64,000 nucleotides of DNA, taken from IMG/VR virus record IMGVR_UViG_3300047576_000027, positions 43,604 to 107,603 of that record; one strand, 5' to 3'. Each line of letters opens with the position of its first letter. Position 1 is the first letter of the stretch. Positions 53,783-62,489 of the stretch are shown piece by piece. Made by a program: the position numbers and the translations under genes. The notes beneath the pieces are model-generated. The model made no database searches. It was not told the origin of the DNA and worked only from the letters and a program-made list of their open reading frames with translations. Origin of the DNA: a virus. Taxonomy: Duplodnaviria > Caudoviricetes.

Positions 53783-56239
53783 TTACCCCCCAAACCTCAA
53801 AAAATAACGCCAAGGCCGATCTCCGTCAATTGGCACCTGAGCACGGCTCCAGCCGGAAACCTTCTTCATGACGCGGCCGACGCGGTTGCCGGCCGCGTCC
53901 CGCTGCGCCTGATACAGGGGCGGCAAATGATCGATGATTTCCTCTTTGGAAACAAAGTAGCCGTACCGGTTCCCCAAGTGCTCAGGTGTCTTGCTCGATA
54001 GTGCCTTTTGGAGCGCACCCCGCACCATCCCGTCCCAGGTATCCTCGGGCACCCGCGCGGCCTGCTCGATCTTCGCCGTTACGATCAGATCCGCATCTTC
54101 TTCGTGGTCGAAGTACCACCGCTGCCCCGCGCGGTATTTGTGAAGAGCCTCGGCCATCAGTTTGTCCCGGTCGGCACGCAAGCCATCCAGATCGAACTGC
54201 CCGCGGCAGGTAATAGGCCACCAGCGCCGATCCTCTTCAAGCGCCCAATCGTCGCCATTGACGGTCGCCATGAAAACGCACTGCCGCAGTTTTTTCTCGT
54301 GCCGGTGTCCCCACGTCGGCCGGAACTTTTCGAAGTCGCGCGTGACCCAGGACTTCACGCTGCGCATCTCGGATTTTCCCAGCACGTCCAACTCGTCCAT
54401 CAGGATTCCCCACACGCCGGCATGCAGTAACGCCTGATTGTCCTTTGTCGTGACGTCGCCGAGAATCACGGCGTAATACTCGCCAAAGACGATTTCCGCT
54501 ATCGTGGACTTTCCGATGCCTTTCAATCCCTCCAGAACCAGAACGTGATGCACTTTACACCCCGGCTGAAAGATGCGGGCGATTGCGGATATCCACCAGC
54601 GCTCGCCAATGGCGGCGATAAACGCTTGTAGCCGGGCGGCCTCATCTGAATCGTCCGACTCGGCCGGACCGGCTCCGCAATAACGAGGCAACCATCCCGG
54701 AAGCCGCTCTACCCCATCCCACGCAGCGAGGGAGTTGAGGTAATCTTTGACCGGGTGGAAGGAATGCGCCTTCGCCCAGCAATCGACGGACCGGCGAACG
54801 GTATCAATCGACCATTTATAATCGCCGGTAGTTTTTTCCAGCCACGATTGCACGAGCGTATCGTGGTGATCCTTGACGGGTTCGCCCGCTTTCAAATCTA
54901 CCGGCGACGGCAGGTCCGCAGTAACCAAAGGCTCCCCCGAGAATTCGTTCCAGGCGAGCTTCCCCCGCCAGTCGGGATGGTTTTCGAAATAGAGCAAGGC
55001 GTTCGTCACGCACGGGGCGGGAGGGCCGAATCCGTCTTTGGCGGGTTTCAGGATCAGCTCGGACTGCCAGCCGTCTTGGGTGGGGGCTGACGTTCGGAGT
55101 TTCGCTACCTCCGTCTTGAGTTCCAGGTTCCACCTGGACGGCACGAAATCCCGTTTGTAGACCGCTCTGAGGCGTTCACGGGCTTCGGCCTGGATAATAT
55201 CCCCGGCAGCGGCGAGGGCCGTGATGTAGGGCGCGGGGACGTCGAGAACGGCATAAATTTTCGCGCTGTCCTTAGCGGCGATCACTTCTTCGAGAAGCCG
55301 ACGGGCTTTTTGGAGGGAGGATTCCAGAGGGGGCTCGGGGTCTGGAGCGGCCAGCACGGGCGCGCTGACAGCATGGCCGTTAACCTGTTGGCGGCGGGGT
55401 TGATACGACGGCTCCCGCGCCGGTTCGCTGTATGCGGACCTGAGACTCGCTTCGGCCTCGGCTTGGGTATATAACTGCCGCTCGCCGCGAGGATTGACGG
55501 ACGGCACACGCGACTGGAAATTGAGAAGATACCGCCTTGCTTCCGATTCTGGTATCTTGTTGTCCCGCAACTGGATAGCCAGCCAAAAACCCGCGTTGTT
55601 GCGGCCATTCGAAAGCGGACGGCCCAGTGCGTCCCCTACCAGACGATCACCGATATTGACGGAAGGATTGACCGGCAGCGGGGCGGGTGAAACAGTGGCG
55701 GGCGCAATTGCTTCTTCCAGTTTTGACTTTGCCCGCAGGAACTTGCCCAACTGGTCCGGTAGCTGGTCGAAAGGGTAGGGCTCCAAGTCCCGAAGTATGC
55801 GGTAATCGCCGCCCGCATTGGACCCGAGCAGGACGATGTAACCGCCGTCTCCGCGAACGTCTACGCCAGGCCACGGCCAGGTATTTTTCCCCGATTTCGC
55901 GTTCATGGTCGGAACGCGCCAGCCCGGATGGGTAAAATAGACGTGGTATCCCCCGCCCGCGCTACGGACGTGCGGATCGAGTCCCCACTCTTTCAGCCAC
56001 CTCGCGCCTTCTTCGCCATCGAAGTCCACGCCAATAACGCCCGATACGGCGCCGGTAACCAATCCCCACCGGTCGGGGTTCAGTACGCGGTCCCAGTCCT
56101 GTAATTGTGACTCAGAAGGCGGGGCGGTCTGGTATGGTTTCCATGTGTTCAGGCATGGCCCCTTACTGTCTCCCCGGCTGGGAATCATGGACCAGCCGCG
56201 ATGCAGGAACGTGATGGCCGCTTCGGTTAGGGGGGACAA
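53783..56239 (-). CDS. Bifunctional primase-polymerase (Prim-Pol) fused to VapE/VirE helicase
   Basis: GVDFD, GGYHVYF, DVRGDGGYIV; GRNNAGF; LEGLKGIGKST Walker A, LMDELD, MATVN, DRRWWP. Confidence 0.92.
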   Translation of the reverse strand: MSPLTEAAITFLHRGWSMIPSRGDSKGPCLNTWKPYQTAPPSESQLQDWDRVLNPDRWGLVTGAVSGVIGVDFDGEEGARWLKEWGLDPHVRSAGGGYHVYFTHPGWRVPTMNAKSGKNTWPWPGVDVRGDGGYIVLLGSNAGGDYRILRDLEPYPFDQLPDQLGKFLRAKSKLEEAIAPATVSPAPLPVNPSVNIGDRLVGDALGRPLSNGRNNAGFWLAIQLRDNKIPESEARRYLLNFQSRVPSVNPRGERQLYTQAEAEASLRSAYSEPAREPSYQPRRQQVNGHAVSAPVLAAPDPEPPLESSLQKARRLLEEVIAAKDSAKIYAVLDVPAPYITALAAAGDIIQAEARERLRAVYKRDFVPSRWNLELKTEVAKLRTSAPTQDGWQSELILKPAKDGFGPPAPCVTNALLYFENHPDWRGKLAWNEFSGEPLVTADLPSPVDLKAGEPVKDHHDTLVQSWLEKTTGDYKWSIDTVRRSVDCWAKAHSFHPVKDYLNSLAAWDGVERLPGWLPRYCGAGPAESDDSDEAARLQAFIAAIGERWWISAIARIFQPGCKVHHVLVLEGLKGIGKSTIAEIVFGEYYAVILGDVTTKDNQALLHAGVWGILMDELDVLGKSEMRSVKSWVTRDFEKFRPTWGHRHEKKLRQCVFMATVNGDDWALEEDRRWWPITCRGQFDLDGLRADRDKLMAEALHKYRAGQRWYFDHEEDADLIVTAKIEQAARVPEDTWDGMVRGALQKALSSKTPEHLGNRYGYFVSKEEIIDHLPPLYQAQRDAAGNRVGRVMKKVSGWSRAQVPIDGDRPWRYFLRFGG

Positions 56240-56242
56240 GGA

Positions 56243-56602
56243 TCAGGCATTCCGGGAACGAGGTTGCATGTTCAGCCACTCGATGAATGAATAACCCGTG
56301 TCGGCCTTCAAAAATGCCCGATACTGCTTTTGTGACCGCGTGAGTTTTGGCGGCTGTGGGCTTTCAGCCAGCATCGCGGATTTGCCTGCGTCCGTCACGG
56401 AGCAGTTGTAGTATGGAAAACCATCGGTGCGCCCGTCCGCGTCACTGTTGTTCCAGGTACGCATATAACCTAACGCGACCAACTCGCGGCAAACCCCTTC
56501 GTCGCGATCTCCGGCGCAAAAGTGGTTTCGACAAATCCTGCCTTGGCCGAATTTGTCAACGCCGAGGGAATGCTGGAGAATCTGTAATTGGTCGGGGGTC
56601 AC
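56243..56602 (-). CDS. Conserved small phage protein
   Basis: LQHSLG...RNHFCAG...LTRSQKQYRAFL...SFIEWL. Confidence 0.65.
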   Translation of the reverse strand: MTPDQLQILQHSLGVDKFGQGRICRNHFCAGDRDEGVCRELVALGYMRTWNNSDADGRTDGFPYYNCSVTDAGKSAMLAESPQPPKLTRSQKQYRAFLKADTGYSFIEWLNMQPRSRNA

Positions 56603-56609
56603 ATGTCAC

Positions 56610-56679
56610 CTTCCGTCACCCAAAAATCAAGAGGACCAGGCAGACGGGGTGACGGCCATCTGCCTGTTTTGGTGTCCTC
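56610..56679 (-). promoter_or_regulatory. Hairpin/pseudoknot in leader of primase operon
   Basis: Stem CAGGCAGA/TCTGCCTG; loop CCGTCACCC complementary to GGGTGACGG abutting the RBS. Confidence 0.55.
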
Positions 56680-56766
56680 AAATCAGCGGATCAGGCTTGA
56701 TGTATCATATACTGCAACAGTTACCGACATTAGCGCAAGTGGTATTAAATTCAGGAGGACCGAACC

Positions 56767-56988
56767 CTGATAACGGATAAAGACGGCGCAACCCTCGTCG
56801 GATGCCACATCAAAATCCGAGATGAAAAGTACCAAAGCACTCCGTACCCGACTGAGCATATCTGGATCACGATGGAACTTGAAATGTATCTTCAACTCGT
56901 TAAAAACACGAAGTCTATTGAACAGCTGGAACGGGAAATGTATCTGGCCTACACCAGCGGTCTGGTGGGGAGGGCGGCGGCTACTTAG
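56767..56988 (+). CDS. Putative ribbon-helix-helix regulator with CTG start (not in ORF track)
   Basis: AGGAGG 8 nt upstream of CTG; HIWITMELEMYLQLVK...SIEQLEREMY. Confidence 0.5.
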   Translation: MITDKDGATLVGCHIKIRDEKYQSTPYPTEHIWITMELEMYLQLVKNTKSIEQLEREMYLAYTSGLVGRAAAT

Positions 56989-57169
56989 GTATTGAACACT
57001 CATGTTACACTAGAAAGCTGGGGCCTGGAGTCGGGTTCGAACCGATTGTCCACGCACGGGGCCGGTCCGTTACGCCGCCTGAGAAAGTTTGGCGGATCGG
57101 CCACCCGCTTTTTTGTGTTAATCTGTAACTGCGAACCAACCTTGATTGCGGCGGTGAGGGGGTCCTGAA

Positions 57170-57397
57170 CTACTGAACACTCGTCCTCCTCAACCTCCCC
57201 GGTTGCCTTTTTCCCTTGCCATTCTTTCTTTTTTTCTTTCCCTTCTTCTGTTCGGACTCAATTCTTTTCCTCTCCTGCGAATCAATCCAGGCTCGAAGCT
57301 CCGCCGCGTCACAAACCGGGTGCGTGAAATTTCCCCGCCCGTCGCTGGCAAGGATCTTACGTCTGAGCCAGGCTTCATACTTTTCAGCGGGCATCGG
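57170..57397 (-). CDS. Small basic protein
   Basis: MPAEKYEAWLRRK...; Lys-rich tail. Confidence 0.45.
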   Translation of the reverse strand, partial: PMPAEKYEAWLRRKILASDGRGNFTHPVCDAAELRAWIDSQERKRIESEQKKGKKKRKNGKGKRQPGRLRRTSVQ

Positions 57398-57561
57398 TTT
57401 CCGCCAGCAGGTAGCCGATGTACGCCGTATCAGCCGGAACTCTCCATTGTTTCGCATCAGGGCCGTAGTAAGAACCGCATGAGGGACACCAGCGGCCGTC
57501 TTTATTGAAACCCCGGCGCTGGATGATTTCGCTTTGGGTGTGGGGGCAGGTCATGAGTGGC

Positions 57562-58392
57562 TCAACCATCGATAGCACACCCGCATGCGACACCCTCATC
57601 AGCAAAGTCAATTTTCGAGAACTGTTTGGCCTCATGCCGTTCCCGAAGCGTCTTGAGCGTTAGCGGCTTGGTCGCGCCTCCGCGTCTATCGCGCAGAATA
57701 GAAACATCCTTATTGACGAACGCGCGAAACTCCTGTTCCTTATTTTCGTGATAATTGAAGGTTTCCGGGCGTTTTGTCAGAAGTTGGATGAAATGTCTCT
57801 GTCCGGCCTTAACGCAGAACCCCCCGCAGTTGTCGTGGGAGAATCCATCCTCATAGCTATCCGAAGGTTCCAGTCCGCGCGTCCGGGCCGCCGCCAGCAT
57901 GTCAGCCTTGGAGAAGTGGGGAGATGCCATCGCTGGGGCCTCAGTGTGCCATCCGCGTGCCCGCATTCTCGCACGGAAGCGGACGTATCGCCCCCGCTCC
58001 CCGTTACTCAACCCACAACACCGTACTGTGTTGTGGGTTGAGTAGTGCTCCTTGGTGTACTTGTCCAGAAAGTCTCGCTTGAGTTCCTGTGAACACATAT
58101 CCACCATCGAATTGCCCATCATGCGGTGGTCATAAAAGACCTGCCACGGCGTGCGCCCTTCGGCGATTCTCGTTACCGGAATTCCAAGATCATCACTGGC
58201 ATCAGACAGAAACCGATACAAATCGCTGTGCTCCATGAGCGTATCCGCGAAAAGGAGCGTGACGTTTTCTCTCCCGCGCCGATCCACGAGCCGCCGCGCC
58301 GCGAACCACGAGCACAATCCACCACTGAACGACATCACATAATGAATTTTCCCAGTTAGGCGCGGGAGCGGCGGGCGAATAGCTATGGTCAT
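57562..58392 (-). CDS. PAPS-reductase-like adenine nucleotide alpha-hydrolase
   Basis: SFSGG PP-loop, FADT, CSQELK, HDNCGGFCVKAG. Confidence 0.85.
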   Translation of the reverse strand: MTIAIRPPLPRLTGKIHYVMSFSGGLCSWFAARRLVDRRGRENVTLLFADTLMEHSDLYRFLSDASDDLGIPVTRIAEGRTPWQVFYDHRMMGNSMVDMCSQELKRDFLDKYTKEHYSTHNTVRCCGLSNGERGRYVRFRARMRARGWHTEAPAMASPHFSKADMLAAARTRGLEPSDSYEDGFSHDNCGGFCVKAGQRHFIQLLTKRPETFNYHENKEQEFRAFVNKDVSILRDRRGGATKPLTLKTLRERHEAKQFSKIDFADEGVACGCAIDG

Positions 58393-58607
58393 ATTCCCTC
58401 CGTTCCCACTCTGTACCGGGCCTCAAAAATGGGACGCCCCACCCAATCCTTCATTACTTTCCACGCACCGAAGGGACCGCGATAGTAAGCACCGCCGCGC
58501 GACTTTCAGACGGTCGCTGAGACGCGGGTCCAGCCGCAGTCTTCCAGTTCCTGAATCATTCGCTCAATTGTGACTGGCTTTAATCCGTCCTGTCCGTTAA
58601 TCCTCAT
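58389..58607 (-). pseudogene. Small protein interrupted by in-frame TGA at 58506-58508
   Basis: GWTRVSATV*KSRGGAYYRGPFGAWKVM; overlaps neighbours at both ends. Confidence 0.55.
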
Positions 58608-58854
58608 CCAACTCCTCCAGCGACGGCTTCCGGGCGGATTTCGCGAACGTCACGGAAGCAGCCACAAGTGAAGAATCTCCCTTGCTGCAATCCTCCCGGA
58701 GGACTGAACCGGGAATCCCCGCTTCTTCGCATAACCTGAGTACGTGCTTCCACGCCGCATACGTTAGTTGTGGTGAGGCATTGCCCGAATCGTGGCGCTT
58801 TATTTCCGCTGCCGCCACCATCTGGCAGTTCTGTAAAGCTCGCTTTTCTGTCAT
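58597..58854 (-). CDS. Hypothetical protein
   Basis: Operon continuity. Confidence 0.55.
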   Translation of the reverse strand: MTEKRALQNCQMVAAAEIKRHDSGNASPQLTYAAWKHVLRLCEEAGIPGSVLREDCSKGDSSLVAASVTFAKSARKPSLEELDED

Positions 58855-58857
58855 GCC

Positions 58858-59433
58858 TCAACGTCCCTTCCCCCGCCACCCGACCGCGATAAGTCCCAAC
58901 CCCAACAGCACCAAACTCCCCGGCTCCGGTACTGTTTGTATCACCCCGAACGCATCGACGGCGAACCAGCCGCCCCACAGTTGCTCCACGGTGACGCTGA
59001 CGATGTTGCTGCCGATGCCCAGATCGCTTGTGATGTCCAACGAGTCCGGAGTCAAGCAATTCGGCAGTTCCGCCGCACAATTCGTGGCCGCCGAACTCGA
59101 AAGATCGTTCGCTATTACGAAGCCATTTACGGCGACGATAGCCGCGTCATCCGCTCCGACGGTTAGGATTCCGGACAGCGGAGCCGAACCGAGTGAGAAC
59201 TCAAACGAGAATATTGCCTCGTATCCGTCCGGGATCTGCGGATTGGTTGAATCGGGTTGCGTGCTTTCCCAAACCGATGCGCCAACGGGCACGAAGTACG
59301 CCGATGGAATTGCGGTCGGGTAGTTAATCCCGTCAACGTTGTTTGTCTGGTCGCTGCCGGGGACTGTCCCGAATGTGACCGTATCGGCAAAGAGGGTGCT
59401 TCCGGCTAATGCAAGCATCAGTATCGTTTTCAT
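58858..59433 (-). CDS. PEP-CTERM sorting-domain protein
   Basis: Signal peptide MKTILMLALAGSTLFA|D; C-terminal VPEPGSLVLLGLGLIAVGWRGKGR. Confidence 0.92.
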   Translation of the reverse strand: MKTILMLALAGSTLFADTVTFGTVPGSDQTNNVDGINYPTAIPSAYFVPVGASVWESTQPDSTNPQIPDGYEAIFSFEFSLGSAPLSGILTVGADDAAIVAVNGFVIANDLSSSAATNCAAELPNCLTPDSLDITSDLGIGSNIVSVTVEQLWGGWFAVDAFGVIQTVPEPGSLVLLGLGLIAVGWRGKGR

Positions 59434-59657
59434 TTTTTCCTTATTCCATGCGGCTTCTTAAAAGTCTGGCTTGGGAGCCCTCTGCCTCATCCTGTAATCC
59501 CGCTCCTGTGCCCTGCGGCATTCACGCGCGGGGCAGAAGTGCTGTTTCGGCGAACGCTTCGTGAACTCCTGCCCACAATTCCTGCAAACTTCACTGCCGC
59601 AGTCTTTCGTCTGGGTGGGCATTCCAGGTGCGTAGCGGTAGGGGCGGAGGAGGTACA

Positions 59658-61556
59658 TCAGAACTCGTCCACCATCTTGATCCGCGCGCCAATCCAGCGC
59701 AATGGCGGGATGCATATGCTGTTGCCGAGAGCGCGATACCGCGCTGAATCAGAGGCTCGCTTGCCCTTATACAGGATGTCCGTGTAGGAATCCTGGAAAC
59801 CAAAGCATCTCTCGACCTCGATGGGGGTGAGGCGGCGGACGCCCATCGCAGAGTTCATGATCTTCCCGGAGTTACGCCCAGTGGCATTTGAGTTAGTACT
59901 GAGGGCCGGCGCCGTGTTACCGGTCAGAACGTCACCATCCTGGTTCTGCGTGAATGCGAAAGCGGGTTCTTCCTCTGGTATCTCCTGGCCGCTGTCAGGC
60001 TGGAAAGCGACAGAGGGTTGATTGCCACCGCCCTTTTCCATGGAGCGAATAGTCGGCATCACATCATCTTGAGCATCCTGACCGCTGTCATTGCCGTAAA
60101 ATCCCATAGCAATCATCGGCGGTCCACTTTGATGAATTGAATGCGACGGACTACCCGGCTTCGGTTGTGACCTGTTCGTCTTGCTGGTGATCTGGGCGGG
60201 GTCAAACGCGATTGGTTCAGCCACAAATGTAGCCTCTTGCGAACCCCCGCCGTTCGGCAAGCGGATTCCCGCCGCTACGTCCGATTGATTCCACCACCCC
60301 TGGCCGGTATTGTTCACGGCGAAAGAATCGGTCACCAAAAAATCCAATTCGTTCTCATTCCCTGCCGCCCGCTCCGTACCCGCGCCCGACGATCCGATAG
60401 AACCCGTGACCTCAGTCGCCACAAAGATAGCCGGCGTCTGCGACGCTTGTATATTGGAACTGCAATCCTTGGTGATGTTATGTCGCACATCACCACCAGA
60501 CTGCCAATCAAATGAACTTACCCGCGTCCCGTCCCCGGAAGCAACTTTCTCACTCACCACAAACGTACACGTCTCCCAGTCCTGCCGCGCGGACTCACCG
60601 GTCGAGATCGTGCGCGCGAGATCAGGCGTATATTCGCACGGCAACACCGGGTCCTGGCCCCTGCTGTCGCCGGTTCTCGAAGCACCCGGACGACCGCCGG
60701 CGCGAAGAGCGTTGATTACTCCCCCGCCGCCTTGAGCGCCTTTTCCAGATCGGGCGGCAGTTGCTTGCCCCGCTTCGTGGCCCTTCGGAGAATTCCAGAG
60801 CAGGCTTTCGCGCTCAAAAAGTACACTTGCAGATAAGAACATAGCGCGTCGTAAGTCTGGTACTTCTTCCGTGCCCGCCGCTGCGCTTCCGTGGCTGGTG
60901 GCTTTCCCGGCTTTCCCCATGACTCCAGAACGCGCGACAACGAAGATCCGCCGCCTGCGCTGGGGCACTGGACCGATTCCGAATTCATCTGCGTGCATCT
61001 TACAGCCTCCGCTGAACTGAGCGTCCAGTGTTCTCCAGGCATACCCATACCCGAGTTCTGAAAGCGCGGATAAGAAGACGCCGAAGTCACTGATTTCGTC
61101 AGCGTCGTATTTGTCTTCGACCACGATTTCCTGCCCGTCTGCGGGTCCGTCACCACTCTCCAGATCGTCTTCCGGTGGAATACAGTCTGGCGCATCGTGA
61201 GAAGCGGAGGAAGTAACCCCAAAGACGTTCTCCCAAGTGACCCACCGGGGGCGCAACCGGCGAACCAACTCAACAAATTCAAGCGCCAGGTTGCCATTCG
61301 GTGAGCGAATTCCCGCGCGGAGTCCGGCGACGGAAAAACTTTGGCATGGAGTTCCCCCGATGAGGATATCAATCCATCCAGCGTCGGCGGCTGTGATTTT
61401 CGTGAAGTCGCCATAATTTATCACTCCCGGATAACGATGCCGGAGTAACTCCGAGCAGAATTCATCAATCTCTGAATAGAAAACCGGCTTGAACCCGAGC
61501 GGTTCCCATGCAACCGTAGCGGCTTCGATGCCGCTGCACACGCTGCCGTAGGTCAC
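59658..61556 (-). CDS. DNA (cytosine-5)-methyltransferase with long variable region
   Basis: SVCSGIEA, GGTPCQSFS, ENV, QRRRRIF, RRLTPIE, ALGNS. Confidence 0.95.
   Translation of the reverse strand: MTYGSVCSGIEAATVAWEPLGFKPVFYSEIDEFCSELLRHRYPGVINYGDFTKITAADAGWIDILIGGTPCQSFSVAGLRAGIRSPNGNLALEFVELVRRLRPRWVTWENVFGVTSSASHDAPDCIPPEDDLESGDGPADGQEIVVEDKYDADEISDFGVFLSALSELGYGYAWRTLDAQFSGGCKMHADEFGIGPVPQRRRRIFVVARSGVMGKAGKATSHGSAAAGTEEVPDLRRAMFLSASVLFERESLLWNSPKGHEAGQATAARSGKGAQGGGGVINALRAGGRPGASRTGDSRGQDPVLPCEYTPDLARTISTGESARQDWETCTFVVSEKVASGDGTRVSSFDWQSGGDVRHNITKDCSSNIQASQTPAIFVATEVTGSIGSSGAGTERAAGNENELDFLVTDSFAVNNTGQGWWNQSDVAAGIRLPNGGGSQEATFVAEPIAFDPAQITSKTNRSQPKPGSPSHSIHQSGPPMIAMGFYGNDSGQDAQDDVMPTIRSMEKGGGNQPSVAFQPDSGQEIPEEEPAFAFTQNQDGDVLTGNTAPALSTNSNATGRNSGKIMNSAMGVRRLTPIEVERCFGFQDSYTDILYKGKRASDSARYRALGNSICIPPLRWIGARIKMVDEF
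60716..61414 (-). CDS. Nested alternative-frame MTase partner (M.EcoHK31I beta-like)
   Basis: 232-aa ORF inside MTase: SSLSRVLE...YFLSAKACSGILRRA...LPPDLEKAL. Confidence 0.7.
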   Translation of the reverse strand: MATSRKSQPPTLDGLISSSGELHAKVFPSPDSAREFAHRMATWRLNLLSWFAGCAPGGSLGRTSLGLLPPLLTMRQTVFHRKTIWRVVTDPQTGRKSWSKTNTTLTKSVTSASSYPRFQNSGMGMPGEHWTLSSAEAVRCTQMNSESVQCPSAGGGSSLSRVLESWGKPGKPPATEAQRRARKKYQTYDALCSYLQVYFLSAKACSGILRRATKRGKQLPPDLEKALKAAGE

Positions 61557-61687
61557 CTCTCCCACCACCACCCGAACAACCCCCAGGCCAAAGCTACCAT
61601 CCCCAGTGCTATCCACGCCCATTTTGTCCCGCATCCGAACGGGCGGGGACCGTGGCGCTGGCCGCATGTCCAGCAGACGGGCTTCAT
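61553..61687 (-). CDS. Small membrane protein
   Basis: MKPVCWTCG...WAWIALGMVALAWGLFGWW. Confidence 0.45.
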   Translation of the reverse strand: MKPVCWTCGQRHGPRPFGCGTKWAWIALGMVALAWGLFGWWWER

Positions 61688-62079
61688 AATTTCCTCTTGG
61701 CCTTCACGCATTCCGCGCAGGGGTGATGAGGATTTTGCCCTATTCCCCATTCTTTACACTTACAGTAGATGACGAAAGAAAACAGGTTCCACAATGCCCT
61801 TATGTGTGGTTTGTCATAAAGTCTGTTAGTGAACCCGCATCCGGGACAGTCCCATTTACCTTCGCCGGTTTTGTAGTAATCACCGCCAGTGCATCCGTAA
61901 GGCTCAACGTACCAGTGAGTCTGAATGTACGGGATTGATCCGATTTCGTGGTTTGCGCCGCAATTGTGGCAGGTAATGAGGGTCTTTTTTAAAAGGCCAT
62001 CACGTAGTGATTCAAGGTGATTCATCCGTTGTTTTGTCCGCTCTATCGCAGCGTTTATGTGCCTTAATTCCGTGGTCAT
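61684..62079 (-). CDS. Coiled-coil plus zinc-finger protein
   Basis: CHNCG...YIQTHWY...CPGCG. Confidence 0.6.
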   Translation of the reverse strand: MTTELRHINAAIERTKQRMNHLESLRDGLLKKTLITCHNCGANHEIGSIPYIQTHWYVEPYGCTGGDYYKTGEGKWDCPGCGFTNRLYDKPHIRALWNLFSFVIYCKCKEWGIGQNPHHPCAECVKAKRKL

Positions 62080-62489
62080 ATCATGCACCCGCATATGCAC
62101 GGCCTCCGCTCCACAGAAAGCCCTTTCCTGAGTAACTCGCGCGAATCCAGCCATCGAACCGCGTCGGGGGTCAGCCGGTAGATCACGGGGCAGGTACACG
62201 GATACGGGTAGTAGCCGCGCGCCTCAACCTCGGCAGACAGCGTAACCGGCAGTACGGCAAGCAGGCCGCTGACAGCGTTGCGGTGCCCGTCGCGATGCCT
62301 TGAGGTAACTGGCGGTCGCCATCCGGGGTGGGGACGTTTGATGGTTATTTGGTCCATGTATACCTCCAATACCTCCTCCATCACCCAATCCGCCAGCCAC
62401 AACCTCAACTCCCTGTCATTCGGGTTCAACCTGAGTGCTTCCGATGCCTGCCGTTGCTGGTCGAGAATTAAATCACGCTGAGATTTCAT
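62076..62489 (-). CDS. Hypothetical protein
   Basis: Operon continuity. Confidence 0.5.
   Translation of the reverse strand: MKSQRDLILDQQRQASEALRLNPNDRELRLWLADWVMEEVLEVYMDQITIKRPHPGWRPPVTSRHRDGHRNAVSGLLAVLPVTLSAEVEARGYYPYPCTCPVIYRLTPDAVRWLDSRELLRKGLSVERRPCICGCMI

Noticed and set aside
56683-57003. 106-aa minus-strand ORF
   Set aside because: No RBS or motif; overlaps the better-supported plus-strand RHH-like ORF
58506-58508. Genome-wide TGA=Trp recoding
   Set aside because: Many genes end in TGA with ATGA/GTGA coupling, so TGA is a stop here
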